Shown here: positions 19,271 through 28,722 of the stretch, piece after piece | How the letters are laid out: each line of letters starts with the position of its first letter | Numbering within the stretch: the stretch's first letter is position 1 | NCBI GenBank assembly: GCA_963668315.1 | Contig: OY764216.1 | Location: forward strand, 2,240,001-2,304,000 | Origin: Spirochaetia bacterium | GTDB taxonomy: Bacteria > Spirochaetota > Spirochaetia > DSM-2461 | Reading direction: 5' to 3' | DNA: 64,000 bases | Program-made: the position numbers and the translations under genes | Notes under the pieces: generated by a model | What the model saw: only the letters and a program-made list of their open reading frames with translations | The model's database searches: none | What the model was told of the DNA's origin: nothing

Positions 19271-20458
19271 ATGAAAAGCATCGCCGAAATCAATGAGAAA
19301 ATTGCTTCGGGAAAGGCCGTCGTCCTTACCGCCGAAGAGATTATAGACTACGTGGAAGAGAAGGGTCTGGAGAAGGCCGCCAAAGAGGTGGACGTGGTCA
19401 CCACCGCCACCTTCGGTCCCATGTGCTCCTCCGGCTGTTTTCTCAATTTCGGCCAGACCAAACCGAAAATCCGCATTACCGAGGCCTGGCTCGACGACGT
19501 GCTCTGCTACTCGGGCATCGCCGCGGTGGACGTTTTCCTCGGGGCGACCGAACTCCGCCACAACGATCCGGCCAATATGTACTATCCCGGGGAGTTCCGC
19601 TTCGGCGGAGGCCATGTCATAGAAAAACTCGTGGCCGGGGAGAAGGTGCAGCTTTTCGCCCTCTCCTACGGTACCGCCGAGTATCCCCGCAAGGAGATCC
19701 GCACCTACATCGATATCAACGACCTGAATCAGGCCATCATGGTCAATCCCCGCAACTGCTACCAGAACTATAACGTGGCGGTCAACTGCTCGGACAAACC
19801 TATTTATACCTACATGGGCTACCTCAAGCCGCACATGAAGAATATCAGCTACTCCTCCGCGGGACAGCTTTCCCCCCTCCTTAACGATCCCTGGTACCGC
19901 ACCATCGGAGTCGGGACCAAGGTGTGGCTGGCCGGCGCCCAGGGCCATGTGTACAGCCAGGGCACTCAGCACGCACCCACCTGCGATCGCACGGAGAACG
20001 GCGTCCCCGCCGAAGGAGCCGGAACCCTGGCCCTGACCGGCAACATGAAAGAGATGGACAGCGAGTTCGTCCGGGGCGCCAGCTTCAAGGGCTACGGGGT
20101 TTCCCTCTCCCTGGGAGTGGGAATTCCCATTCCCGTTCTGGATGAGGAGGTCCTCAAAGCCACAACCGTCAGAAACCGGGATATCCGGGCGGCGTTGGTG
20201 GATTATTCCTCCGATTATCCCGAAGCGGTGAGCCGTGCCATAACGAGTTACACCTACGAGGAACTGATGTCGGGGCAGGTCGAATTCGAGGGGAGAAAAA
20301 TCCCCACCGGCTCCCTTTCCTCCTACAGCAAAGCCCGAAAAATCGCCGGCATTCTGCAGGCCGAAGTCAGGGACGGAAAGTTCCTCCTGGCCGAGAAAAG
20401 CGCCGACCTTCCCACGGCCCAGTCCAATTCGCCCATGCCTGCCAGAAAACACCCGTAA
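19271..20458 (+). CDS. homocysteine biosynthesis protein (DUF39, aspartate-semialdehyde sulfurtransferase-like)
   Basis: KSIAEINEKI, VDVVTTATFGPMCSSG, GGGHVIEKL, PRNCYQNY, SPLLNDP, IGVGTKVWLAG. Confidence 0.88.
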   Translation: MKSIAEINEKIASGKAVVLTAEEIIDYVEEKGLEKAAKEVDVVTTATFGPMCSSGCFLNFGQTKPKIRITEAWLDDVLCYSGIAAVDVFLGATELRHNDPANMYYPGEFRFGGGHVIEKLVAGEKVQLFALSYGTAEYPRKEIRTYIDINDLNQAIMVNPRNCYQNYNVAVNCSDKPIYTYMGYLKPHMKNISYSSAGQLSPLLNDPWYRTIGVGTKVWLAGAQGHVYSQGTQHAPTCDRTENGVPAEGAGTLALTGNMKEMDSEFVRGASFKGYGVSLSLGVGIPIPVLDEEVLKATTVRNRDIRAALVDYSSDYPEAVSRAITSYTYEELMSGQVEFEGRKIPTGSLSSYSKARKIAGILQAEVRDGKFLLAEKSADLPTAQSNSPMPARKHP

Positions 20459-20470
20459 GGAGACGTCCCC

Positions 20471-20881
20471 ATGCCTACCCAGAAAGTATCCCTCTATTTT
20501 CCCAAATGTCAGACCGAAACCCCCGTTGTTTATCATCTTGTGAAGGACTATGATCTGGAAGTGAATATTTTCCGGGCCAAGGTCAATGCCGAAGAGGAGG
20601 GCTACCTGATTCTCGATCTTACCGGCGGTCAGGAACGACTCGACCGGGCCATGGAATATCTGAATTCCCTCGGTGTCCAGGTACGCACCTCCGAAAAGGG
20701 GCTCTCCTGGAATCCCGATAGGTGTACGGGCTGCGGAAACTGCCTTCCCCACTGTCCCACCGGAGCCCTTTACCGAACCGACCGGCTGACCATGGACGTT
20801 GCTTTCAACGGGGATAAGTGCATCGAGTGCTTCGCCTGCATCGACAACTGCCCCTTCGATGCCTGTTCCTCCCTTTTCTGA
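20471..20881 (+). CDS. NIL-domain plus 2x[4Fe-4S] ferredoxin protein
   Basis: PVVYHLVKDYDLEVNIFRA (NIL); CTGCGNCLPHCP and CIECFACIDNCP. Confidence 0.9.
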   Translation: MPTQKVSLYFPKCQTETPVVYHLVKDYDLEVNIFRAKVNAEEEGYLILDLTGGQERLDRAMEYLNSLGVQVRTSEKGLSWNPDRCTGCGNCLPHCPTGALYRTDRLTMDVAFNGDKCIECFACIDNCPFDACSSLF

Positions 20882-20882
20882 T

Positions 20883-21626
20883 GTGAAGTTCCGGGAATTC
20901 TCCTACAAATCCGCTTCCTATCGCATACTGGCCCGGGGCTATGAGAAGGCGGCGGAAGCCATAGAACAGCTCAGGAACGAGCTGGAAGCCTATCTCCCCC
21001 TGAATCCCCCTTTTCTCGATTCCCTCGTGCCGGTTGATCCCGTGGAGCCCATGGCGGAGATCGTCCGGAGAATGCAGGACGCCTCCCTGAAAACTGGGCT
21101 GGGACCCATGGCCGCCGTAGCGGGAACCATTGCCCAGATGGCCTGCGAACGCTGCCGGGCCGCGGGCTTTCCCGAAGGGGCGGTGGAGAACGGAGGCGAC
21201 CTGTACCTTGACGTGAAGAGGGCGGTGACCCTGGGAATTTATGCCGGTTCCGATGTTTTCGGAGGACGGCTGGCCTTCCGCATCCCCGTAGAGATGATGC
21301 CCCTGGCCGTCTGCTCCTCCTCGGGAACCATGGGCCACTCCCTGAGCCTGGGGAACTGCGATCTGGCTACGGTTTTCTCAAAAGACGCGTCCCTTGCGGA
21401 CAGCGCGGCGACTCTGGCGGGGAATCTTGTCTCCCGGGAGGAAGATCTGGAACCGGCGGTCAAATGTATCCTGGCCATCGACGGTGTACAGGGGGTGTTT
21501 CTTGTGAAGGGTGATAAAATCGGCCTGGGGGGAAAGCTGCCCGAGCTGGTAGCCGTGGAGGAGACGGATATTACCGCCAAAATCAGCCGGGACCGTTCTT
21601 CGGCGAGCAGTTTCCCCGGTCAGTAA
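20883..21626 (+). CDS. UPF0280 / ApbE-like protein
   Basis: GPMAAVAG, ENGGD, CSSSGTMGHSLSLG, LADSAAT; start uncertain (GTG 20883 or ATG 20859). Confidence 0.87.
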   Translation: MKFREFSYKSASYRILARGYEKAAEAIEQLRNELEAYLPLNPPFLDSLVPVDPVEPMAEIVRRMQDASLKTGLGPMAAVAGTIAQMACERCRAAGFPEGAVENGGDLYLDVKRAVTLGIYAGSDVFGGRLAFRIPVEMMPLAVCSSSGTMGHSLSLGNCDLATVFSKDASLADSAATLAGNLVSREEDLEPAVKCILAIDGVQGVFLVKGDKIGLGGKLPELVAVEETDITAKISRDRSSASSFPGQ

Positions 21627-22171
21627 AAAACTTTATCCATAAGAATGTCATGGGGCTCCGCGGGAAGTTCGTCCACGATCTGGCAGGGGTAGGCCGTACC
21701 CGCCAGGATCAGATTTCCCCTGTCCTTTTCCAGATAACGGTCATAGAACCCTCCGCCACGGCCCAGCCGTCTGCCGTCCCCGGTAAAGGCCACACCCGGC
21801 AGGAGCATAAGGGGACGGGAGAAATCCTCCCCCCTTCCTGAGGGAAGACGGCGGTCCGGCTCGTAGATACCCCATTTATTGGGAACTAATTCTGTCTTAA
21901 CCAGAGAATGGACTCGGCGGAAAGTCATCTCCTTTCCTGCAATCAGGGGCAGAAAAACCGGAATATTCTCCTTTAAAGCCTCGTTCAGCAGGGGGAGAAG
22001 ATTCGTCTCCCTCCTAAAGGGATAGTAAGCGAAAAGAGCGTCCGCCTCCCGATACTCCGGTGATGTCCGGATTGACCGGCATAAGTTTCGGGAGAAAGCT
22101 TTTTCCTCTTCCGGGGAAAGCCGATTTATGCGGGCGGCCATCTCCTTTCTCAGGGAATCCTTAGAAAACAT
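21620..22171 (-). CDS. 5-formyltetrahydrofolate cyclo-ligase
   Basis: KDSLRKEM, WGIYEP, PGVAF, RLGRGGGFYDRYL, EPHD; start ATG 22171. Confidence 0.93.
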   Translation of the reverse strand: MFSKDSLRKEMAARINRLSPEEEKAFSRNLCRSIRTSPEYREADALFAYYPFRRETNLLPLLNEALKENIPVFLPLIAGKEMTFRRVHSLVKTELVPNKWGIYEPDRRLPSGRGEDFSRPLMLLPGVAFTGDGRRLGRGGGFYDRYLEKDRGNLILAGTAYPCQIVDELPAEPHDILMDKVFY

Positions 22172-23300
22172 AGTCCTGGGAGATCTTTTTGAGGGTCGCC
22201 GTGAAGCGGGCCAGTTCATCCCGGCCTGTCGTCGGGCCGAGGGAGATCCGTATGGAGCAGTGGGCCGTTTTCTCGTCCACCCCCATGGAAAGCATGCCCT
22301 GGGTGCGGCTTTTTTTGTTGGAGGAACAGGCCGAACCGGTGGAGACGGCAAAACCCTCCTCATTCAGAATCCTCTGCAACACTTCCCCGGGAAGGGGAGG
22401 GAGGGAGATATTAAAAATCGAAGGGGCAAAGTGCTCCGGCTCTTCCCGGCGGGCGGGCGGATTGAACACGACTTTCTCCATCCCTTTCAACTGGCTGAGC
22501 AGAAAGTCCGAGGCCTCTCTGGCCCAGGGATTTCCCCATTTTTCCAGGCTCAGGGCCATGGCATGGCTGTTGAAAAGGCTCTCCGTGCCCGGGCGGATTC
22601 CTTTCTCCTGTCCGCCGCCCCGGTAGAGAACGGCCTGATCCTTTTTCAAATAGAGGAGTCCCGCTCCTTTGGGGCCCCTGAGCTTGTGGGCGCTGAATGA
22701 GGCGGAATCCAATCCGGAAGCTTCCAGGTCAAGGGAAATCTTACCGGGAGCCTGAACCATATCGCTGTGAAAATGGATGGGACGGCTGCCCTCTTCCCTT
22801 TCAAAGGTCCTCACTGTCCGAACGAGTTCGTCAATCGGCTGAATCGCTCCGGTTTCGTTATGGACGGCCATCAGGGAGACCATACGGGTGTTCTTATCCA
22901 GGAGACGGGCCAGCTTTTCCGGGGAGAGAATCCCGTTGGTCTCCGGTTTAAGGAGTTTCACTTCGGCCCCTTTCTTTTTCATAAGCTCCTGGGGCTCGGA
23001 GAGGGAAGGGTGCTCAAGGGAGGAGATGATCATTCTTCCCGGGTTCCTGTCGGCCAGCCGGGAAAGGAGAACGAGGTTGTTGGACTCCGAACCGCCGGAT
23101 GTGAAGAAAAGCCTGTCCGCCGGGCATCGGAGCACGCGGGCACAGCGCGCCCGGTCTTCTTCAAGACGCTCTTTCGCCTCCGTCCCCAGTTCGTGCTGGG
23201 AAGAGGGATTGCCCGGATATTTCAGGGACCACTCCAGGGCCTCGCGGTAGATCTCCTCATCGGGAGAAGCCGTGGCGGCCCAGTCCAGATAAAGAATCAT
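22161..23300 (-). CDS. cysteine desulfurase (class I, IscS/NifS-like)
   Basis: YLDWAAT, NPSS, TSGGSESNN, EHPS, SAHK (PLP Lys), STGSACSS; start ATG 23300. Confidence 0.92.
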   Translation of the reverse strand: MILYLDWAATASPDEEIYREALEWSLKYPGNPSSQHELGTEAKERLEEDRARCARVLRCPADRLFFTSGGSESNNLVLLSRLADRNPGRMIISSLEHPSLSEPQELMKKKGAEVKLLKPETNGILSPEKLARLLDKNTRMVSLMAVHNETGAIQPIDELVRTVRTFEREEGSRPIHFHSDMVQAPGKISLDLEASGLDSASFSAHKLRGPKGAGLLYLKKDQAVLYRGGGQEKGIRPGTESLFNSHAMALSLEKWGNPWAREASDFLLSQLKGMEKVVFNPPARREEPEHFAPSIFNISLPPLPGEVLQRILNEEGFAVSTGSACSSNKKSRTQGMLSMGVDEKTAHCSIRISLGPTTGRDELARFTATLKKISQDYVF

Positions 23301-24577
23301 GAAACGGGCCTCGGCAGATGGAAGTCCAGTTTGAATCCCTTGACCGTGGAGAGAATCTTTTTGATATGCAGGTAGTCCTTTTTCTCTATTTCTCCCGCTT
23401 CGTAGCGATCGATGAGATCGACATAAATCTCTTCCCAGCGGCTGATGATGGTGTCGATATAGTGGATTTTTATCCATTCCCGGGCTTCTTCGCTCATCTT
23501 TTTCTGCAGTTTGCTGTCTTTGAGAATTTCCAGCATGCTCTGAGCCATGATATCAATAGAACGGGGGGGAACAAGGAAACCGGTCCGGCTGTGCATAATC
23601 GTTTCCGAAACGCCCAGGGCATCGGCCCCCACGCAGGGAAGACCGCAATGAAGCGCTTCCAGCAGGGTGATCCCCTGGGTTTCCGTTTCCGACGCGGTCG
23701 CAAAGAGACGGCAGGCCCCGAATATCCCGCTTTTAATCAGCTCTTCGTGGGGAATCATTCCGGTGAAGATGATACGGGACGCCGCTTTCTTCCGGGATGC
23801 GTATTTCTCAATCTCCTTCCGTTTGGGCCCGTCTCCTACGATGAGCAGCTGAGCCTCGGGAAGGGCTTCGTAAACCTTCTCAAAGGCGTCTATGAGAATG
23901 TTGATGTTCTTTTCCTTGGAGACCCGGCCCACGTAGAGCACCGTCTTGTCTCCCAGCCCGTATCTGGTCTTAATCTCCTCCGAACGGGAATTGTCGAACT
24001 GGGAAGGATCGATTCCGTTGGACAGGGCGATTTTTTCCGTGGTGCAGCCGTGCTCTTCCAGAAGATTGATCATATTCTGGGTCGGGGCCGTTACAAGATC
24101 TGCCGCGTTGTAGTAGAGGTTTGTATAGTACCAGACCGATTCGGGAGTGGCTCTGACCACTCCGTTAAAGAGCTGTTCGTAGTAATTGGGGTCGGCAATA
24201 AGGGTATGGTAGGTCCCCACCAGGGGGACATTCAGCTTCCGGGCTATTTTAATGCCCAGATAGCAGGTGAAAACGGGCGTCATGAAATGGATAAGATCGA
24301 TTCCGGTCCCTTCCAGTTTTTCCTGAATTTTCGTCGTTCTCAGAGTAGACCAGCGGAATTCCTCATAGTAGGAGGCCGGAAGGGAAGGAACGTTCATCAG
24401 GGTGATATTTTTATGGAGAGACTGTAATTCCGGGGTGATGGTCGGGGACAGTATGGTGAATCTGTGACCCCGCTCCGCCAGGCGTACGGTGAGATGATCA
24501 ATGGAAGTGGTAATACCGTTCACAGATGGTCTGTAGCTGTCTGTAAAGATGGCAATATGAAGTGAGCGATTGTTCAT
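23297..24577 (-). CDS. GT4 glycosyltransferase (diacylglycerol glucosyltransferase-like)
   Basis: IAIFTDSYRPSVNG, VGRVSKEKN, ETQGITLLEA; start 24577 supported by a TATGAT box 6 nt upstream. Confidence 0.88.
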   Translation of the reverse strand: MNNRSLHIAIFTDSYRPSVNGITTSIDHLTVRLAERGHRFTILSPTITPELQSLHKNITLMNVPSLPASYYEEFRWSTLRTTKIQEKLEGTGIDLIHFMTPVFTCYLGIKIARKLNVPLVGTYHTLIADPNYYEQLFNGVVRATPESVWYYTNLYYNAADLVTAPTQNMINLLEEHGCTTEKIALSNGIDPSQFDNSRSEEIKTRYGLGDKTVLYVGRVSKEKNINILIDAFEKVYEALPEAQLLIVGDGPKRKEIEKYASRKKAASRIIFTGMIPHEELIKSGIFGACRLFATASETETQGITLLEALHCGLPCVGADALGVSETIMHSRTGFLVPPRSIDIMAQSMLEILKDSKLQKKMSEEAREWIKIHYIDTIISRWEEIYVDLIDRYEAGEIEKKDYLHIKKILSTVKGFKLDFHLPRPVS

Positions 24578-24709
24578 AGGGGCATCATACATCAATGGAG
24601 AAAAAAAGTCGAGAAAATCCAGCCGCTCCCTCTATTAATATTAAGAGGGACAGGGGGTGCAAAAAATTCTATTGAAACTTTATTACTAATTCTATATAAT
24701 AATTCTGTT

Positions 24710-25015
24710 ATGAATGATGAAAAACAGTGCTGTTCCAGAGAACGGATCGAAAAGACAGCAGAAAAGCTTAAAGTTCTAGGTCATCCTCTGCGATTGGAAA
24801 TACTCTGCCTTATAGAAAAGAACAGTTCCTGCGTCTCGGAACTGTGGAAATGTCTGGATCAGCCCCAGCCTGTTATTTCTCAGCATCTGGCAATCCTTAA
24901 AAACCGGGGTATTGTCGAATCTCAGACAAGCGGCAACAAGCGCATCTACAGCATTACCGATCCCTTCGTCAAGGAGATCATCGCCATCGGTCTGAAAAAC
25001 GGACCGGATTTCTAG
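24710..25015 (+). CDS. ArsR/SmtB-family transcriptional regulator
   Basis: LKVLGHPLRLEIL, CVSEL, ISQHLAILK; TTGAAA-17-TATAAT promoter. Confidence 0.92.
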   Translation: MNDEKQCCSRERIEKTAEKLKVLGHPLRLEILCLIEKNSSCVSELWKCLDQPQPVISQHLAILKNRGIVESQTSGNKRIYSITDPFVKEIIAIGLKNGPDF

Positions 25016-25078
25016 TTTTTGTTCCCTGGGTATACCGGATTTCTTCCCATGGCGGAAACGGTCGTATCTGATTAGAAT

Positions 25079-25771
25079 ATGGTAAAAATCGATCTGCACC
25101 TTCATACCAACCGTTATTCTCCCTGTTCCCGGCTCAGTCCGGAGGAGCTGGCGGCCATTGCCCCCTTCACGGGGCTGCACGGTATTGTTGTGACGGAACA
25201 TAACTTTTCCTGGACCCGGTCGGAAATAGAGGACCTCCAGAGTCAAACCGATTCTGTTCGCTTTTACCGGGGAATGGAGGCCGATGTCAGGGAGGGGCAC
25301 TTTCTGATTATCGGCGCCGATATGAAGGAAAAGTGGAAGCCCGGACGGACACTCCGGGATCTGGTTTCCCTGGCCGAAGAGCAGGACGCCGCGTTGATCT
25401 GGGCCCATCCCGGCCGGTTCAGCTCCCTTCCCGCAGCGGATGATCTTCCCGGGGAGTACCTCGCCCTGGACGGCCTGGAAGTCATGAGCGGGAATATTCA
25501 GGAAAAACACCGGGACGGCATCAGCCGGATGCTCGCCCTTTTGAAGAAACCCCAGGTCGCCGGATCGGACAGTCATATCTCCCTGACCCTGGGAACCTAT
25601 GCCACCATGTTTCCCGAACTTCCCCGCAATGAAAGGGAGCTGGCCCGTATGATAAAAGAGCCTTCCGGCGTCCCCTGGGCCAACAAAAAGGCTCTGATTC
25701 CCATAAACGGTAAATATAAAGAGGACGGAGAAAAGCTTCTGCTGTCGGCTCCGGGAGCTTCTAGTATTTGA
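25079..25771 (+). CDS. PHP-domain metal-dependent phosphoesterase
   Basis: DLHLHT, TEHN, AHP, GSDSH. Confidence 0.88.
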   Translation: MVKIDLHLHTNRYSPCSRLSPEELAAIAPFTGLHGIVVTEHNFSWTRSEIEDLQSQTDSVRFYRGMEADVREGHFLIIGADMKEKWKPGRTLRDLVSLAEEQDAALIWAHPGRFSSLPAADDLPGEYLALDGLEVMSGNIQEKHRDGISRMLALLKKPQVAGSDSHISLTLGTYATMFPELPRNERELARMIKEPSGVPWANKKALIPINGKYKEDGEKLLLSAPGASSI

Positions 25772-27440
25772 ATCCGCTGTTGCCGATGAATTCCCTTAGA
25801 AGAGAGAGTTTGGGGATGTCCTCCGAAGGAATGGGGGCAAAGTAGTTCAGAAAGGAGAGAAGGCGGCAGGCTTCGCTGTACTCCTCTTCCGTGGGTTTGA
25901 CGCTCTTTAATAGCGGTTCGGCCCAGCTTTTCAGAACTCCCAGTTCGTAATCCAGAGCGGAGTTGAATATGATGTCCGCCTCTCCCTGGTAGGGAAAAAT
26001 ATTCCTCTGTTCTCCCCGTCTGACCGATGGCCATATCCTTATCGTCGTATGGGCGCTGTAACCGCGGAACTGGTAGTCCCGCACCATGCGTCTTATCATG
26101 CGGTTGTCCGTTGTGGAGATGCGGTTGTTGTCGTCCAGGTTCAGCTGGGTCAGAGCGGATATGTAGATTTTATACTTCCGCTCCGCCGGAATGCGGTCGG
26201 TCAGCTTCTCATTCAATCCGTGAATCCCCTCCATGATAAGCAGGGAATTATCCTTTAGCTTCAAAAGCCGTCCTTTCTCCTCCCGGCCTCCCTTCTTGAA
26301 GTTGAAAAGGGGAATCTCCGCTTCCTTCCCGGCCAGCAGGTCAAGCAGATTTTCATTCAGAAGATCCACATCGAGGGCTTCCAGGGCTTCAAAATCCTGT
26401 TTCCCCTCCTCATCCAGGGGAATCCTGTCATGGGGGAGATAGTAGTCGTCCAGAGAGACCATGACCGGATCGTATCCCAGCGTCTGGAGGTTGAGGGCCA
26501 TCCTTTTGGTGAACGTGGTTTTCCCCGAAGAGGAGGGACCGGCGACCAGAACCAGGCGGATTTTCCCCCGGGTTTTTATATCGTGGGCTATATCGCTCAT
26601 CTTCTGCTCGTGGAGCGTTTCGGAGGTGAGGATGAAATGTTCCCTTTTGCTTCTGTCCATGGCCAGGGCATTCAGCTGGCCCACGCAGTGAACATCGAGA
26701 ATCTTTCCCCATTTCTTGTGTTCCTGGTAGATGGAGAAGAGCTTCGGCTCATCCCTGAAGGGAGCCATCTCGAGGGGGGAGCGGGACGGGGGATACCGGA
26801 GCAGGAAGCCGTCGGCATAGGCCTGTACTTCCCAGCGGGAGAGAACCCCCGTGCGGGAGACAAGGGGGCCGTGGAAGATCGTCCGGTAGCCGCCGCAGTT
26901 CACAATCATGATGCGCGGTTTGTTCTGTCCCTCCATCAGCGTGAGGGTTTTCTCGGCCCCGCCTCTTTTTTTGATCATCTCCAGAGTTTCCGAATAGTTC
27001 AGATGGGTCAGAACCAGGGGAAGATCCTGCTTTATCAGGTCATTCATCTCTGCGGTCAGAAGGGGGACCAGTTCGGTTCCGGCGGGCTTTTCCCCTTCCA
27101 GGTGATAGTAGAACCCGTTTCCCAGGGAGTGATCAATAACCAGATCCCCCTTGGGAAAAAGCCGGCTGAAGGCCATCTCCACAAGAAAGCAGAGGCTCTG
27201 GCGGAATATCCGGAGGCCTTCCCTGTCATTGAGGTAGATGGCTTCCAGATCGCCGTTGATATCCACTCTGTGCTGGAGGGACAGGGTCTGGTTGTTCAGC
27301 TTTATTCCCACCAGGGGAAAACCGTGGTTTTCCCGCATTTCAGCGGGAAGGAAATCGTCGAATATCTCTCCGCCCAGAGGATGAATCATTCTGTCAGTCC
27401 CCTTGATCCTCAGGGACAGCTTTTTTCCGTGGTAACTCAT
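25761..27440 (-). CDS. uridine/nucleoside kinase with N-terminal ThrRS-like domain
   Basis: N-terminal ThrRS-N-like region (NGFYY, HGPLVSRTG), AGPSSSGKTT, SLDDYY, EGIHGLN, RRMVRD. Confidence 0.87.
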   Translation of the reverse strand: MSYHGKKLSLRIKGTDRMIHPLGGEIFDDFLPAEMRENHGFPLVGIKLNNQTLSLQHRVDINGDLEAIYLNDREGLRIFRQSLCFLVEMAFSRLFPKGDLVIDHSLGNGFYYHLEGEKPAGTELVPLLTAEMNDLIKQDLPLVLTHLNYSETLEMIKKRGGAEKTLTLMEGQNKPRIMIVNCGGYRTIFHGPLVSRTGVLSRWEVQAYADGFLLRYPPSRSPLEMAPFRDEPKLFSIYQEHKKWGKILDVHCVGQLNALAMDRSKREHFILTSETLHEQKMSDIAHDIKTRGKIRLVLVAGPSSSGKTTFTKRMALNLQTLGYDPVMVSLDDYYLPHDRIPLDEEGKQDFEALEALDVDLLNENLLDLLAGKEAEIPLFNFKKGGREEKGRLLKLKDNSLLIMEGIHGLNEKLTDRIPAERKYKIYISALTQLNLDDNNRISTTDNRMIRRMVRDYQFRGYSAHTTIRIWPSVRRGEQRNIFPYQGEADIIFNSALDYELGVLKSWAEPLLKSVKPTEEEYSEACRLLSFLNYFAPIPSEDIPKLSLLREFIGNSGFKY

Positions 27441-28621
27441 TTTATCACACCGTTTTCCTTAAGGCTCGCCACTTCCGTGGTTGTGAGAACCCGGGTAATT
27501 TTCCCGTTTTCATCCTCCGAGGTCTGAACCATCGGCGGTTCTTTGAACAGGTGGCGGTTATTGTCGACGAGAAGCTTTACAATGGGATAACGGGGCTTGT
27601 CGCTGTTGACCTTCGTCACGACTCCGATGGAGTTGTTTTTCATGATCACATAGCAGCCGATGGGGTAGAGGGAGAGAGACTCGAGAAGGGGAAGAAGGAT
27701 GTCCCGGTCGTATAGCCTCTCCATCTCTTTGAGAAGGGTAGTCATGCTGGTATGGGCATCCTTTTCGCTGCGGAAGGGGCGGGAAGAGATCTGGGCGTCG
27801 TAACTGCAGGCTATGGCGATGATTTTCCCGTACAGGGAGATTCGGTTTCCCCCCAGCTTCTGGGGATAACCCGATCCGTTCTCCCTTTCATGATGCTCCA
27901 GAATTCCCAGCATGATATCCTGGGAGAGGGGCGGCTGAAGATCCTTCAGATCTTTTATCATTCTGTAGCCGAGCAGGGGATGGAGGGAGATGGTTTTTTT
28001 CTCTTCCGGCGTCAGGGCTCCCTCCTTATTGTAAATCTCCGGGGGAATCTGCAGCATTCCCACTTCATGAAGCATGCAGGAAATACCCACCTCGATCACT
28101 TTATGGGGGGCGATCCGGGGCGTTTTCAGCTTGGAGGCGATAGTCAGGGCGATAATCGTCGTTCTGACGGCATGGGTGAGAAAATAGGGATGGTTCTTAA
28201 CATTCTTCAACTCGGAGAACCTGAGAATATAGGTCTCGTTCTCCTTAATCATGCCTATTATGTCCTTGATCAGTTCCGTGAGTGTATTCAGGTTGATGCT
28301 GTTCGTTCTCTTGAAGCGCTCGAAGAAGTCCTCCGACTGATCGAGATAACGGTTATAGGCCGACTGGGCCTGGGCCAGTCCCTCCCTCTCTTTCTCGTAT
28401 TGGTCCAGAGAGGCTCCGGTCAGGGCATTGGTCGCCGAGACTTCGCTGGGAATGGGGGAGCCTTCGGTGAAACATTTGGCATACTGCCACTTTTTAAGCA
28501 GTTCGATAAGCGTATCGCTGACGGGTAAATCACCTGAGAGCACCATAAAACCGGAATCAAGGTACAAGGGTGATTCGTAATACGTTCCCGTTTCCATTTT
28601 ATTGACTTCTACTACATTCAT
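27437..28621 (-). CDS. HD-GYP-domain protein with degenerate HD motif
   Basis: LHEVGM, HHERENGSGYP, IAIACSYDA, YPIG; start ATG 28621 behind GGGGAG. Confidence 0.85.
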   Translation of the reverse strand: MNVVEVNKMETGTYYESPLYLDSGFMVLSGDLPVSDTLIELLKKWQYAKCFTEGSPIPSEVSATNALTGASLDQYEKEREGLAQAQSAYNRYLDQSEDFFERFKRTNSINLNTLTELIKDIIGMIKENETYILRFSELKNVKNHPYFLTHAVRTTIIALTIASKLKTPRIAPHKVIEVGISCMLHEVGMLQIPPEIYNKEGALTPEEKKTISLHPLLGYRMIKDLKDLQPPLSQDIMLGILEHHERENGSGYPQKLGGNRISLYGKIIAIACSYDAQISSRPFRSEKDAHTSMTTLLKEMERLYDRDILLPLLESLSLYPIGCYVIMKNNSIGVVTKVNSDKPRYPIVKLLVDNNRHLFKEPPMVQTSEDENGKITRVLTTTEVASLKENGVIK

Positions 28622-28722
28622 GCATGCTTCTCCCCAGGTGTGATTTCTGCGTTGACCACCTTGATAAAATACTCTAAACTGCAACATGTTCAAGGTTTAC
28701 TTATATTATAGGAGAATCGGAC

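Noticed and set aside
19256..20752. Long antisense ORFs (also 12272-13432, 23318-24427, 31056-32258, 37374-38717, 39394-40815, 62522-63916)
   Set aside because: They lie opposite well-supported genes and have no motifs; this is expected from codon bias in GC-rich DNA
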